Assembly (NCBI RefSeq): GCF_011745625.1
Contig: NW_027191455.1
Location: forward strand, 1,116,001-1,180,000
DNA: 64,000 nt
Origin: Cladosporium halotolerans
Taxonomy: Eukaryota
Direction of reading: 5' to 3'
Part shown: in pieces, positions 47,280-58,340 of the stretch
How positions within the stretch are numbered: the first letter of the stretch is position 1
Layout of the letters: every line of letters starts with the position of its first letter
The notes under the pieces: generated by a model
Told to the model about the DNA's origin: nothing
Seen by the model: the letters and a program-made list of their open reading frames with translations, nothing else
Databases searched by the model: none
Translations under genes and position numbers: made by a program

Positions 47280-49310
47280 ATGGACGTTGCGCGGCTGAGA
47301 GATTTCGCTCTCGCCCCTACATGGGGCACCATTATCACAACTGCCATCACGGGCATCGCCGTCGTCGGAGTCTGGCGCGTCGTCAAGACGCGATCTGCGT
47401 CTCGTTTCGACCGTTCGTATTGTGGTCCTGTCTGTGATCGATCACGAAACCTACTGACACCGACATAGCCGAGACCACCGATCCCAACTTGCTCCGCAAG
47501 CACACCACCTACGCGTCGTACACGACATCAACGGCGACGTACCCCAAGATTAGGACGGTGTACCATCCTCATCCGCAGGCGAGCAAGCTGCCTTCGGATC
47601 TGCCCCTACTGGTCTTTGTTCATGGCCTCGGGGGCTCTATCGCACAATTTGCGCCTCTGCTGAACAGCCTGATCAACGCAGCACCATGTCTCGCCATCGA
47701 CCTGCCTGGATGCGGATTGAGCGACTTCAAGCCCGACGAGCCCAGCGCGTACACGACCGAGGCTTTTGCCGAGCTGGTCGCGACAGTCATCGACCGTCAT
47801 CAGGCTGAAGGTCAGAAGGTAGTTCTCATTGGGCACTCAATGGGTTGCTCGATCAATGCGCTACTAGCATCATCTGCATCGCCACTACGCCACCATCTCT
47901 ACGAGGCAGGTCACATTGCTGGCTTCCTCGCTCTCTGCCCAAAATCGAGCCCACCCTCCCCCGAGCAGGCTCGCGTTGCCAAGCGCCTGCGATACCTTCC
48001 AGCATTCGTTCTGGATATTGTACGCTTCTTTGACGGTATTGGAGGTGTCAACTCTGCCAGCGTAATGCGATTTGCCGGCAAGGACGCGGACCTGGAGACG
48101 CGCAAGCTACAGCTTCGTTACAACCAGCAATCGAAGTCGGCAGTCTTCCTGCGGTACATCACATCCCTGGATGTGGCTGCTTTCCCTGGCCAGAACATCT
48201 GGAGCGGCGTCAAAGTGCCCTTGTTCCTTGTCGCAGCAGAGGCGGACACACTGAACCCACCTGCCGACGTTGAGGCGATCGCTGGATGGCTCACAAAAAC
48301 AGTGGTGAAACAAGCTACAACCGATGATGGCAATGAAGCAAAGACGAGCAAACCCAGCAGCACTCTTCCGGTTGAAGCCGGCGATACCGCGCAAGCTGAG
48401 GACCAGCTTCTCAGCAGCACAAAAGGGCCCGAACATTCGCAGGCACCACAGACGTTAGGCATGGGCGATGTCCAGGAGCAGCAGCACACGACTCGCCACG
48501 CCTTTGCTCTTAAGACGACCGTCTTCCCCGCCCCTGCATCTCACGGCCTCATCTACGCCACTTCCACCGTCCGCATTCTCTCAGGCCTCATTCAGACGTT
48601 CTTGAGCTCTCACTGCGACAAGCGCCTGTCCCTCGGCTGGCAGCTCCAGCTCCTGTCCACCTCTGGGAAATGGGACGTCAAGAACCTTGCCAAATGGCAG
48701 CGCACAGCCTCAATTACCGAGCCTATTGGAGGCGTCTTTCGCGCAATGAAGACGATGCGAGAGGTCGACGAAGAGCATGCTCCTAAGCACTTTGTCAAGA
48801 AGTACAGCTCTGCGGTTCTCGACGACGGAGTAGCGATGATCGTCGACATCTCGCATGAGAATCCTGTCTACGACCCCAAAGGCCTCGAGGAAGGTGGCGT
48901 AGAATACCACAAGTTTCCCATCGTTTCCAAGCTCCCTCCTACTGCGGATGAGGTCGCTCACTTCAACGACCTGGTGGATGGTCTCCGCGAATCTCCCAAG
49001 ATGGTCGCAGCCCACGCATCTGGTGCCCATCCAACTATTGGCGTCCACTGCCATTACGGCTTCAACAGGTATTGCCTCCCCAGAACCTCGACCTTGACCT
49101 ATACTAACATTTTGCAGGACTGGCTTCTTCATATGCTGCTATCTCGTCGAACGCCTCGGCTACAAGTTGCAGGACGCTGTTGACGAGTTTGCCCTGAAGA
49201 GAGCACCCGGCATCAAGCATTCGTTCTTTGTAGACGAGCTCTACGTGAGATACGGCATGAAGATGGAGAGGAGAAACACGATCGTAGGCATCAGTGACAT
49301 GTCGAACTAG
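47280..49310 (+). CDS. Fusion: N-terminal TM anchor + alpha/beta hydrolase + cysteine (dual-specificity-type) phosphatase; two introns
   Basis: HGLGG, DLPGCGLS, GHSMG; P-loop HCHYGFNR|TG across intron 49069-49117. First intron 47413-47468. Confidence 0.88.
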
Positions 49311-49592
49311 ACTGCTCGGGCACTCTTCAGACACGGCGTTTGGCGCGGTTTTCGGCAGGTAGAGCCGCCACACTGCGCGGACTTCAGGCATAGCTTTTCC
49401 TTTTTTCTTGGATACCCACGGAGCATGGCCGCCCTGGCGCGGCGGCCCAATTGCTTTCACTTGCTTTAGCTAGTTTGGATTCGAAATACTCCCGCATTCT
49501 CATGAACTCGACCGATCTCAGCTCTTGATCTCAGCCGCATGCGGTCGTTACAAAACATTGTCACTCGTAATCATAACATATAGTCCATCCTC

Positions 49593-50213
49593 TCACCCCA
49601 CCCTCGCCGCCGCCGCATCCTCCTCCCCATACGTCTCCTCCATCGTCGGCACAATCACATCCCACCCCACCGCATCATCGCCCATCCCGTCCCGCGCAAT
49701 CTCATCCACATCCAGACTCCCCTCCGCCAACCTCCGCCGCCTCCCCTTCTCCTCCGCCGACCGGAACCGGAACGCCACGACCCCGCCGTCCCGCAGCCCC
49801 GCGCCCTGCGGACAGTCATTCACGCCGCCGCTCTTCGACGCCCGCTTCTGCTGCGGCGTCGCCTTCGCTTTGCCTTTGCCTTTGCTCCCTGCTCCCGTGC
49901 TCTCGTCCTCGAAGTCCAGCTCGTCCAGCGCGTCGTCACCGATCGCTTCCCAGCCGGCGCTGGCGTCGTTGATGTCGGCCGGTTTCGCGAGCGCGATGTC
50001 TTCGGCGCTTTCTGGGAGGGGGTACGAGACGGGTGTGCCGTCGCGGAGGGTCCCGGTGAGGATTCTGGAGGGGTTGGTGGATTTCAGGGCTGTGAGGAGT
50101 TCGGAGCGTATCGAGGAGAACGTTTGTTGTGCGTCGGTGTGGAGGAGGATGGTGGTGCGGTTGAGCTTGAAGCGGAGGCACCAGACGCGCGCGGGCGGGT
50201 TGGCGGTGGGCAT
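49593..50213 (-). CDS. Hypothetical protein (LRFK..RTTILLH N-terminus, possibly ubiquitin-like fold)
   Basis: Coding-like ORF from MPTANPP (AAAATG context); resembles conserved fungal hypotheticals from memory. Confidence 0.65.
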   Translation of the reverse strand: MPTANPPARVWCLRFKLNRTTILLHTDAQQTFSSIRSELLTALKSTNPSRILTGTLRDGTPVSYPLPESAEDIALAKPADINDASAGWEAIGDDALDELDFEDESTGAGSKGKGKAKATPQQKRASKSGGVNDCPQGAGLRDGGVVAFRFRSAEEKGRRRRLAEGSLDVDEIARDGMGDDAVGWDVIVPTMEETYGEEDAAAARVG

Positions 50214-50456
50214 TTTGGACCCGGTCGCGCACTGCGCACTGTTTACTGCTTGGTCGAGCAGGTGAAGAGGAGTAGTGCTGGAAGTAGTTAACAGGTTGGT
50301 TGTCGTTGTTGGATGTTTGTATGTTCGGAAGTCGTGAATCTCAGGTATGAGGTCGGCGCTTGGCACGCCCGAGCTCTGGCTGCGGGCGACCAACGATCAA
50401 CTTCCGTCTGGCCTGCAAGCCACACCTCACTCATGCAACTGGATAACACCGATACA

Positions 50457-51119
50457 ATGGCTTCAGAACCAGAAGAAGCGCCCGTGGCCGCTCAAGTGCC
50501 TTTCAGCTCACACCGACTCTCGACCCCATTCCCTCTCCGCCTCCCAGCCTTCGTGAGCCTCGGAGCTTTCGCAGGCGGCATCTTAGGCCTCATCCACGGC
50601 GCAAACGAAACCGGCATGCGATTCCGCGCCGAAAACGCCCATCGCCTTCCCAAGACGCAAACAGGATGGTACCTCTATCACAAGTCGAAGAACTACGTCG
50701 CTATGCTTGGCGGCATCAAAGAGGGCATGCGCATGGCTGGCCGGCAGGCTTTCTGGGTCGCGGTCTTTGTGGGCTCGGAGGAGAGCGTGGATCGCGCTAG
50801 GGGTGCTGCGAGCAGGATCTGGAGCGGGGTGAGGGAGAACGATGACGGGGAGATTGAGGGCGCGAGCAAGGATTTCGTGAGCACGTTGTTTGCTGGGCTG
50901 GGGACCGCGGGCCTTTTCTCGCTGTGGAATAGGTTTCCGGTCCCGACTGCTGCGAGGTTGGCGAAGATGGGTGCGAAGGCTGGGCTAGGCTTTGGGTTGT
51001 TGCAGGATGCTGTGAGCATCATGCGTGGGAGGAGGATTGGGTATGTGGAGTTTATCAAGAGGCATACGATTGGCGTTGGGGAGAAAGAAGACCGTCTTGC
51101 TGCTGCCACTGCGACCTGA
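50457..51119 (+). CDS. Conserved fungal membrane protein, Tim17/Tim22-like Gly-rich helices
   Basis: FRAENAHRLP...GWYLYHKSKNY motif, GxxxG-rich helices and GLLQD. Head-to-head with the 49593..50213 gene. Alternative ATG at 50433. Confidence 0.75.
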   Translation: MASEPEEAPVAAQVPFSSHRLSTPFPLRLPAFVSLGAFAGGILGLIHGANETGMRFRAENAHRLPKTQTGWYLYHKSKNYVAMLGGIKEGMRMAGRQAFWVAVFVGSEESVDRARGAASRIWSGVRENDDGEIEGASKDFVSTLFAGLGTAGLFSLWNRFPVPTAARLAKMGAKAGLGFGLLQDAVSIMRGRRIGYVEFIKRHTIGVGEKEDRLAAATAT

Positions 51120-52494
51120 GGATGGAATGCTATTTGAGGCAATAGCCACAGATAATGTCGACAAGGTTGCAGAAGGGAGGATTGGTTCTCGACGCTACAG
51201 CCACTGCCCATACGCCCAAATACTTCGCGGGAAACTCGGCTTGGGCGAGCAGGTACACCAGCCCAGATTTCTAGGGAAAGACGCCACTCTTCCTTGAACA
51301 GAAACCGACGTCTGGATATGGACAGCCTATTTCGAGAGAGTCACAAGAGAAGTCCTACATGGGCTTCGCTCTCTAGGGCAATTTCCACGTCGGAAGGACC
51401 CCAAGACCTCATGCCTTCTTGTCCCTCTCCAGGGCTGCGAAAACACTGGAATGAAGTTCGACTACGGACCCGATGGGTTAGCCACTCAGACCAAGGCATC
51501 ACTGGGCATTCATCCATGACCGGCGCTTCTAAGTGTTAAAGAAGCATACCGAGGCAATGTTAAGACCCATAGATGGTTGCTAATCTCGGACGAACGAGAC
51601 CAGCTCAGCACAACAAAATACCATAGCAACTTGGTACACCCGCTTCAAGCAATCAATTTTCCCGTGGCATCCTTGCTCAGCCGTTCCTCAACATGGTTTC
51701 CCCTTTGGCCTCAACTTTCGCTTCCGTGGCACAAAGTTTGTCCGATTGTTGATTGCTCCGAAGTCCGCACTCGCTTGTCTGCTGCAATCTATCCCTTCCA
51801 CCAACTTCCACGGAGCCTGCACCATGCCGTTCGACCATGCAAATTGACAACATTCCGCCGTCGAGCCGCGTTGCCGAACAGATCTTTGCCGAGCAGATCT
51901 TTGCCGAGCTGGCGGGATCGTATCCATCGTTGTTCCCAAGCACAAACCAAGCCCCATCGTTGAATTTCCTGCTATTGTGTATGTCAGATCTTGTCAATGG
52001 ATACCCCGGACTGGCACATGGGTTGGCATACTCCACTGTCCGGTCGGGCTTCTCAAAAGGATGCATCTCGCCACGCCGAAGCCTTCTTCACAGGAGAACA
52101 CTCAAGACTGCAGAGCGTGATAATCAAGACTTCAGACGTAAGCTCCCGCTTAAGCACCATATCGAAGCAACAAGCGCTCGTCCACCAAAATCGCTTCTCT
52201 GCCGCGGCATGATTCTCTTCGCCGAAAATGTTTCCCTGCAAACCTCTGGCACAAACCCGCTATGGCCTTGACTGCCGTGGAACTGGCGAGCAGTATCACT
52301 GCCCCCATCTTTGTGAGTTGGCAAACCTGAGGATCTCCTCAAGAATCATCTTGCATCGGTCCGCTTCGCACTCAGCAATCGTTGGGAGGTTCCTTATGAT
52401 AACCAATCTTGTCCCATTCCTCCGCCTTGTCCTTCGAATCTCCCCGCGGGTCTACAACTCGATCACCAAGCAGCTCGTCGATGGGCTCTGAATC

Positions 52495-52872
52495 ATGCCG
52501 CTTCACCTTTACACTTACGCCTGCGGATGCCGCCGCCACATCCAAGGCCGCGAATGCGAATGCTTCCTGAACGAGCTGCTCAAAATCAACAGTCCGTCGG
52601 CTTTCGTCACTCCACAAGCGAGCTATCTGCCCTTTAACATGGAGTCATTCATCCCTCGCCTGAGCACCGCCAAGTCTCGCAAATTGATCCATCATGGCTA
52701 CACATTCGCCTTGGATCCATATACCTCTTGCTGTCGCCACGATCGGAGACATCGTTCTCGCTACGACTGTCCGGATCACATCTATCGTGCTCAGAGGTCG
52801 AGTTGGAAGAGGCCTGCGGATAAGGGGCTTGAGCCTCGCAGAAGCTATTCAAGAAATTGGAATGTGTACTGA
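52495..52872 (+). CDS. Hypothetical small Cys/His-containing protein, possibly degenerate
   Basis: N-terminal YTYACGC...ECE...ELLKIN resembles small fungal Y.CGH proteins; the C-terminal half looks less coding. Confidence 0.35.
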   Translation: MPLHLYTYACGCRRHIQGRECECFLNELLKINSPSAFVTPQASYLPFNMESFIPRLSTAKSRKLIHHGYTFALDPYTSCCRHDRRHRSRYDCPDHIYRAQRSSWKRPADKGLEPRRSYSRNWNVY

Positions 52873-53342
52873 TGTTGGACCGGGAGAAACGCATTGTCTA
52901 GATGGCAACATGAGTATTACCGTAGAACGATGCTGATGGTAGCAGCTCGCAATCGATTCAAGATCAAGAGAGTCCAAGCAATATTTGTACGTCTTTTCCA
53001 GTTTTTTACACCCCCCTTTGTGATTCCATCGCCGCTGATCTTAGCATAATGGGGTGTTTGGTCTCCGAAGACTTCAATGCAAGCATGTTGCCCTAATGAT
53101 CTTGTCAATTACCAGATATCAACATGCTCCTTGGTAGCAGGACAACGGCCCGCCTCTCTTCCGGAACGCATGAGTACATGTTCGCTCTCTTTCAGTGGGT
53201 TCTGTGAAACATCAACGAATGCTTGTTGATGATGGCATGTCACTGATATCAAAGGTCAATCGGGAGCAAGAATGGAGACTCTTTCGGGGTCAGAAGCCTC
53301 GCGGCAACAAGTCGTGTTCATATTGCTGACTATAGCAGCACA

Positions 53343-53900
53343 TCATTCCTCGTCGGCGAGGAATCCATCGTCCTCGTCGTCCTCGTCATCCTCGTCATCC
53401 TCGCCATCCTCGTCCTCCTCCCACTCCTCATCGGAGCTGATCTCCTCCCTCTCAGGCCCAACAAGCCCAGTCTCCTCCAGCGCCTTCCTCGCCTCGAAAT
53501 TGACCGCGGTCGCGGCCTCGTCGTCCTCGTCGTCGGACGGTCTATCCCACCGCTGGACGGTGGGATAGAAGTCGCCGTTACCCTGCTCGTCGCGAAGAAC
53601 GACGCGGAGCGGGGCGCGGAAGGGGTCGACGGCGGGCCTCTCTTCGAGGCTCGTGTTGCGGTATGGCCGCCCCGGTTCGAACGGGCTGCGGCAGGTGTCT
53701 CTGTTGATGTCGGCGCGGCGGTCGGCGGCGCACGACGGAGAGGAGGGGGCGGTGGTGGTGGTGCGGCCGGCGGTGTCGCGGCCGCCGTTGCGGTCGTTCG
53801 GGTCGTTTTCTGCGCCATTGGCGGCGCGCACGACTTGCTCGTTGGTAGTGCTGGGCGCGCCAGGGTTGGTGGAGGCTGAGGTCGAGGTGTTCTCTGCCAT
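53343..53900 (-). CDS. Hypothetical acidic protein (185 aa)
   Basis: GC-rich intronless ORF with ACAATGG start context and an E/D-rich tail. Confidence 0.6.
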   Translation of the reverse strand: MAENTSTSASTNPGAPSTTNEQVVRAANGAENDPNDRNGGRDTAGRTTTTAPSSPSCAADRRADINRDTCRSPFEPGRPYRNTSLEERPAVDPFRAPLRVVLRDEQGNGDFYPTVQRWDRPSDDEDDEAATAVNFEARKALEETGLVGPEREEISSDEEWEEDEDGEDDEDDEDDEDDGFLADEE

Positions 53901-54336
53901 TGTCGATGTTTATTTGATCGAATCGTTGATTTTGCGCGAGGAGGGAGCAGCGCAAGGTGGTGTCGTGGTGTGGCAGGTCATCAGGTGAGTGAGGTGGCTG
54001 TCAGAACGTTGTGGTGCGACCGAAGAGAGGCGACTCACGCACAGCGAGCTAATACCAGAGACAATAGGGACCAAAAAGCCATTTTGGGCACAATACAACT
54101 CAGCTCAATCGATCAGGCACAATGCAGTGGACCTCAAGAACACATGTGACCCACAATGTGGGTCCGGGGGGCGTTCAGGGCGTTACCTCACTTACCTCAG
54201 CCACGATCACTGGCGGCCAGCCCCCACAGCCCCGAATAAGAAACCAGGGTATATATTATTGTGCAATTGATGTCACCTCAGCAAGGAGCCTCTCGGGGAA
54301 AAGTGTGAGAGAGGCTCCTTCGCTGTCAAGAACACT

Positions 54337-54464
54337 GCTAACTAATTTCCGTGGTCTAGTGGTTAAGGACATCGAGCCGATCAACAAATGCAGACAACAC
54401 CAAGTCGAACACTCGCCCCCGAGTTCGAACCTTGCTGTTGGCACACGCGGGTGCCATCTTTTTT
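54337..54464 (+). pseudogene. tRNA-like Pol III element (degenerate tRNA or SINE head)
   Basis: A-box TGGTCTAGTGG at 54352, B-box GAGTTCGAACC at 54421, T6 run at 54459. D- and T-arms partly pair; the acceptor stem is not canonical and no clear anticodon is identifiable. Confidence 0.45.
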
Positions 54465-55077
54465 GCACTTTTTGCCGGCGCTTTCGTTGGGCATCGCCAA
54501 CTACACCTTTTTGCATCGTAATTATCATGTCATCAATGACCAATGTTCACACAACCTTCTCACTGTCTCCAATTGCGCCCATTCTGTGTTCTTGGTTGGT
54601 TGTTGTGTTGTAGAGGTGTGTGTCGTAGATTGCGCTGAGTGCGACGGTGGACTTTGATGTAGCCAGCTCTCGCCACCTAGGGACGCCTGCGGGCGTGATC
54701 TGAGCCCCAGCAATGCGCAATGAGGTATCCTAAAGCCTTTAACCACTCCTTGCACGCGAATATCACATATCTGACCGACAAATCATTCGATCTTGACCGC
54801 AGCAGCCACCCGCGGCCCTGCCTCCATGTTTGCATTTGTCCGCCAACAACAAACGCCGTACGTAACGATCCCTACGCCCTCTCAATTGCTTGAAAGCCCG
54901 AAGGAACAAATATCCCAGCTGAAAAGATTCCTTCCGCCTGATTGCGCAATCGGGAATTCACCAGAAGGACTGCGCAAGGCGTTGGGTTACGAGAAGGACA
55001 AAACACGCAACCGCAGTTCACTGCCCGCAGTGGCGAAGCACATTCGATTGATACAGCTGATCTTGATGTCCTCAGCT

Positions 55078-55680
55078 GTCAAATGAACCGGTACTGATTA
55101 CCGCGTGCAGAAGCAACAAAAGGAGGCGACGCCGCATCACAAAGGCAATGGACATTGGACATCCCAGAACGACTGCACGGACGCCCCTGTTGCGCGCTCA
55201 TGCCGGTGCAGCTCAAACGATGCTGAGAAGCAACATTGAGCCTCTCAATCGTCAGAACAAACGATTTTGTCGCAGCACGCAGCAGGGAGAAAACGGAAGC
55301 GAGGACGCTGCAAGGGCGGTGGACAGTGGACATCACAACGCAGATTCGCAAGCACGCCTGCTAGGAGCTCGCCGCGCCGCAACTCAAACAATCCTGAGAA
55401 GCGTTCCTGAGCATCTCAATCGTCAAATGAACCGTTGAAAATCGCAGCGTGCAGAAGCCACACACCCCGAAGATGATGGCACTGCGAGGAGGATGGACAT
55501 CGGACATCACAACACAGCTCTGCGCGCACGCTTGCTACAAGCACCCTCCGACTCCATCGAAGCGATGCTGAGGAACTCTTCTGAACTTTTCGAACGTCAG
55601 ATGGACCTTCAAAGATCGCAGTGTGCAGAAGCCACACAACGAAGAAGGCGACGGCGCTTTGAGGAGGATGGACATCGCAG
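55078..55680 (+). repeat. Decayed coding tandem repeat, ~3.5 x 171-175 bp
   Basis: RTGGACA-YGGACATC anchor at 55148, 55319 and 55493, partial at 55668. Peptide unit MDIGH...RLL.A...MLR...E.LNRQ; in-frame TGA at 55436. Confidence 0.85.
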
Positions 55681-56460
55681 GCCACGAGCCGCCCTCAAGA
55701 ACATTCACGGTGCAAGCTCACCGCGGCGCAAGGTTGAGGAACGGTCTTTGAGATCCCCGCATTGCAATGAACCCGTCCTAATGGCAAGAGCTCGTCTCAG
55801 CGGCACGGAGGGTGGTGGCTCTACAAGGAGATCAGGGGGCTGAAGGCTGCGATGCCCTCCAGCGACGGCGTGGCGCACCGGAGATCAGGATGGACACAGT
55901 GAATTTTGTTCAACAGAGGGCGATTGTGAATAGCAGGATGTAGAAGCAGCGAAATGCAAGACAAGGTGCGCTACAAGGGTCTCATTACCACGAGCATTGG
56001 ATACCCTCACCGAAGCACCGCACAAGGTAGCCGCGCGCTCTGTCTGGACAGATGTCCAGGTGCAGTGAAGGCGGCGTTGGTGTTCTTGCAGTTTACGTAC
56101 TCTGTTGAATCATAAAGGGGGCCAATGGCAAAAGGAGCAATCAGTTGCACGCCAACGAAGTACGATGGAGTTGCGCCGTTCGCAAGCACCGTAGGGAGAT
56201 TTCACGTCTGTACACAGCAAGCGACAGCGACTGTCGTTCAGCCATGAAGAGCACAGTGAGCAACAGTGGAGGCAATCATTTCATTGAAGGTTACAGATGC
56301 TAAGTACAAACGATCGCTGCAAGGTACAAACACAATGAGGCAAAAGGAAAAATGTTAGCCCGCACATACGCTTGAGTGGAGTATGGAGTAAGACTCCTCA
56401 AGCGAAGCTCGCACATACGGGCGAGTGACACGAAAAGACCAGATACTAGTGTCACGATGT

Positions 56461-57443
56461 TTGTTCTCGGGCACTACCATCAGCCATGGCGTTGCGAGAA
56501 CGACCCAAGCTGCCCGGTCGTGTTGAGCGCACGGAGCCGGAGGTGGTGAGGTGCCCTTGTGTGAATGCTCTGAATAAACGGAAGGCATGGTTTGGGAAGC
56601 TCTGGAAGCGGAGCGGAGGAGTAAATACTCTGGTGCGGCCGACTGTGGGCGGGAGCCCCCGGTTGCCAAGGCGTGGAAGGTCATGGAAGGTATCACGTGC
56701 AGGGCGGCGAGGGGGACAGCGAGTCGATGGAGGTGATACTCATGGCAAGCATGGGGAAGAAGGAACACGAAGAGCGGCGGAGGTAACGTAATCATTGAAG
56801 TTGATTGAAGCTACATACAAAACATGATGGATAAAGAAAAGAAAAATGTTTGCCGTTTGTTTGACTCGCTCGAAGAGTGATTGAGAACTCAAGAAGCGAG
56901 TGCATAGGCAAGCGACCGTGTCGCCACTTATTGTTCTCGGACACCACCCATCAGCTATGGCATATTGAGAATGCGCGATGCTGTCTCCTTTGCTGTTGTG
57001 GCTGACTAGCAGTGAGAAGTGGAGTGGTGTCCTTGTGTCCCTGGGGTTAGTAGCCACGACCAATGTTGTTGGGGGGGGGGAGGGAGGGGGGAAGAAGTAG
57101 TGGCAAGTAGTAGTGGCAAGCTGTTGTAGTGGCGGCGCAAAGCAGGAATGGGGGTGGGGTCCTGTGTGCACCTTAGCAGTATCGATCAACGGTAGGGGAT
57201 GGGGGGAAAGAAGTAGTGGCAAGTAGTAGTGGCAAGCTGTTGTAGTGGCGGCACAAAGAAGGAATAGGGGGTGGAGTCCTGTGTGCATCTTAGCAGTATC
57301 GATCAACAGTAGGGGGTGGGGTGAAATGCGCAAGGTACGAGGTACCGAGCGACGGCAGCATTTGCGAAACGCAAAGCGCGCTGGGGATCTAGGAAAACCA
57401 TCCATCAGCTGTGGCATATCGAAAACGCGACGAAGCTGTCCGG
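56461..57443. repeat. Three dispersed degenerate ~55-bp copies spaced ~455-470 bp apart
   Basis: CCATCAGC-(C/T)(A/G)TGGC core at 56477, 56948 and 57402; TTGTTCTCGG shared at 56461 and 56931. Confidence 0.7.
57086..57322. repeat. Direct tandem duplication, 2 x 116 bp
   Basis: AAGAAGTAGTGGCAAGTAGTAGTGGCAAGCTGTTGTAGTGGCGGC...TTAGCAGTATCGATCAAC starts at 57092 and 57208. Confidence 0.92.
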
Positions 57444-57645
57444 CGAAACGGAACGTGGTTGGTCTCCATCCTATAATTGGTTTGAGTTGACATGGGTGTG
57501 GCGGTCCTCATGTCGACATGGGTGTGGCAAGCCCATGTGTTGCGCGCGGCACAAGGCAGCGGCGCAAAGTTGTGTCGGAGGAAAGGGTTGGAAGCGGGAG
57601 AAAAGGGGGTTTTTATAGTGCGCGGGGCCAAGACAACGGAAGGCT

Positions 57646-57719
57646 CCCGGGGGCTGGTCACCAGTAAGTCAGGCCGTCAGGCCCCCGGGGGGTGATCACC
57701 AAAAGTCAGGCCGTCAGGC
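57646..57719. repeat. 2 x ~38-bp direct repeat
   Basis: CCCGGGGG...TCACCA..AAGTCAGGCCGTCAGGC occurs twice. Confidence 0.85.
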
Positions 57720-57848
57720 AGCAGGCTTAACGAAGGGAGAAGGCACAGCGGTCGGGCGGAGCGATGTGAGCAACGCGAGGTTCCATTGTATATCGATTCG
57801 GTGACTGATCCATCGTACAAACTCTACAAAGAACCGCCCCCGCCTCAA

Positions 57849-58340
57849 TCATCGTCGTTCGAAACAAATCACACCCTTTGCCAACTCATGCGCGCGCTTC
57901 GACAACTGCTCCTCTTGCAGTATTCGTTCGATCCTAGCCCTCTGCGCCGCACTCTGCTCAACCAGCACAATCTCACGAATATCCTTTACGTACACACCGC
58001 AATCTACGATCCACTCTATGATCTTCCTGATTCTCAACCTCATCTCCGTCGTGCTCAACAATCTCATGTCGCTCGCGAAGGTATTTGCGCTGTAGTAGTG
58101 TCTTTTGATGTCAAAGCCGCAGAGCTTTTTGTACTTGCGGCTCAGTCGGGGCACATGCGTGTCGTTAGGATGACCCATGATTGGAAGCCATCCGTCGTAG
58201 AGAATACCCGCTTCTTGCAGTATTTGATCGGACAGCTCGGGTGGGAGGTCGGCGAGAGTCGTTGGCGGGTTACGTGGGCTTGCTGTAAAGATGTTATTGG
58301 ATAGGCGCTTGATGACATTGAGGAAGCGAACCATCGCCAT
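57849..58340 (-). CDS. F-box-like hypothetical protein (163 aa)
   Basis: LADLPPELSDQIL and downstream YYSANTF, typical of lineage-expanded F-box-like proteins in Dothideomycetes. Confidence 0.55.
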   Translation of the reverse strand: MAMVRFLNVIKRLSNNIFTASPRNPPTTLADLPPELSDQILQEAGILYDGWLPIMGHPNDTHVPRLSRKYKKLCGFDIKRHYYSANTFASDMRLLSTTEMRLRIRKIIEWIVDCGVYVKDIREIVLVEQSAAQRARIERILQEEQLSKRAHELAKGVICFERR

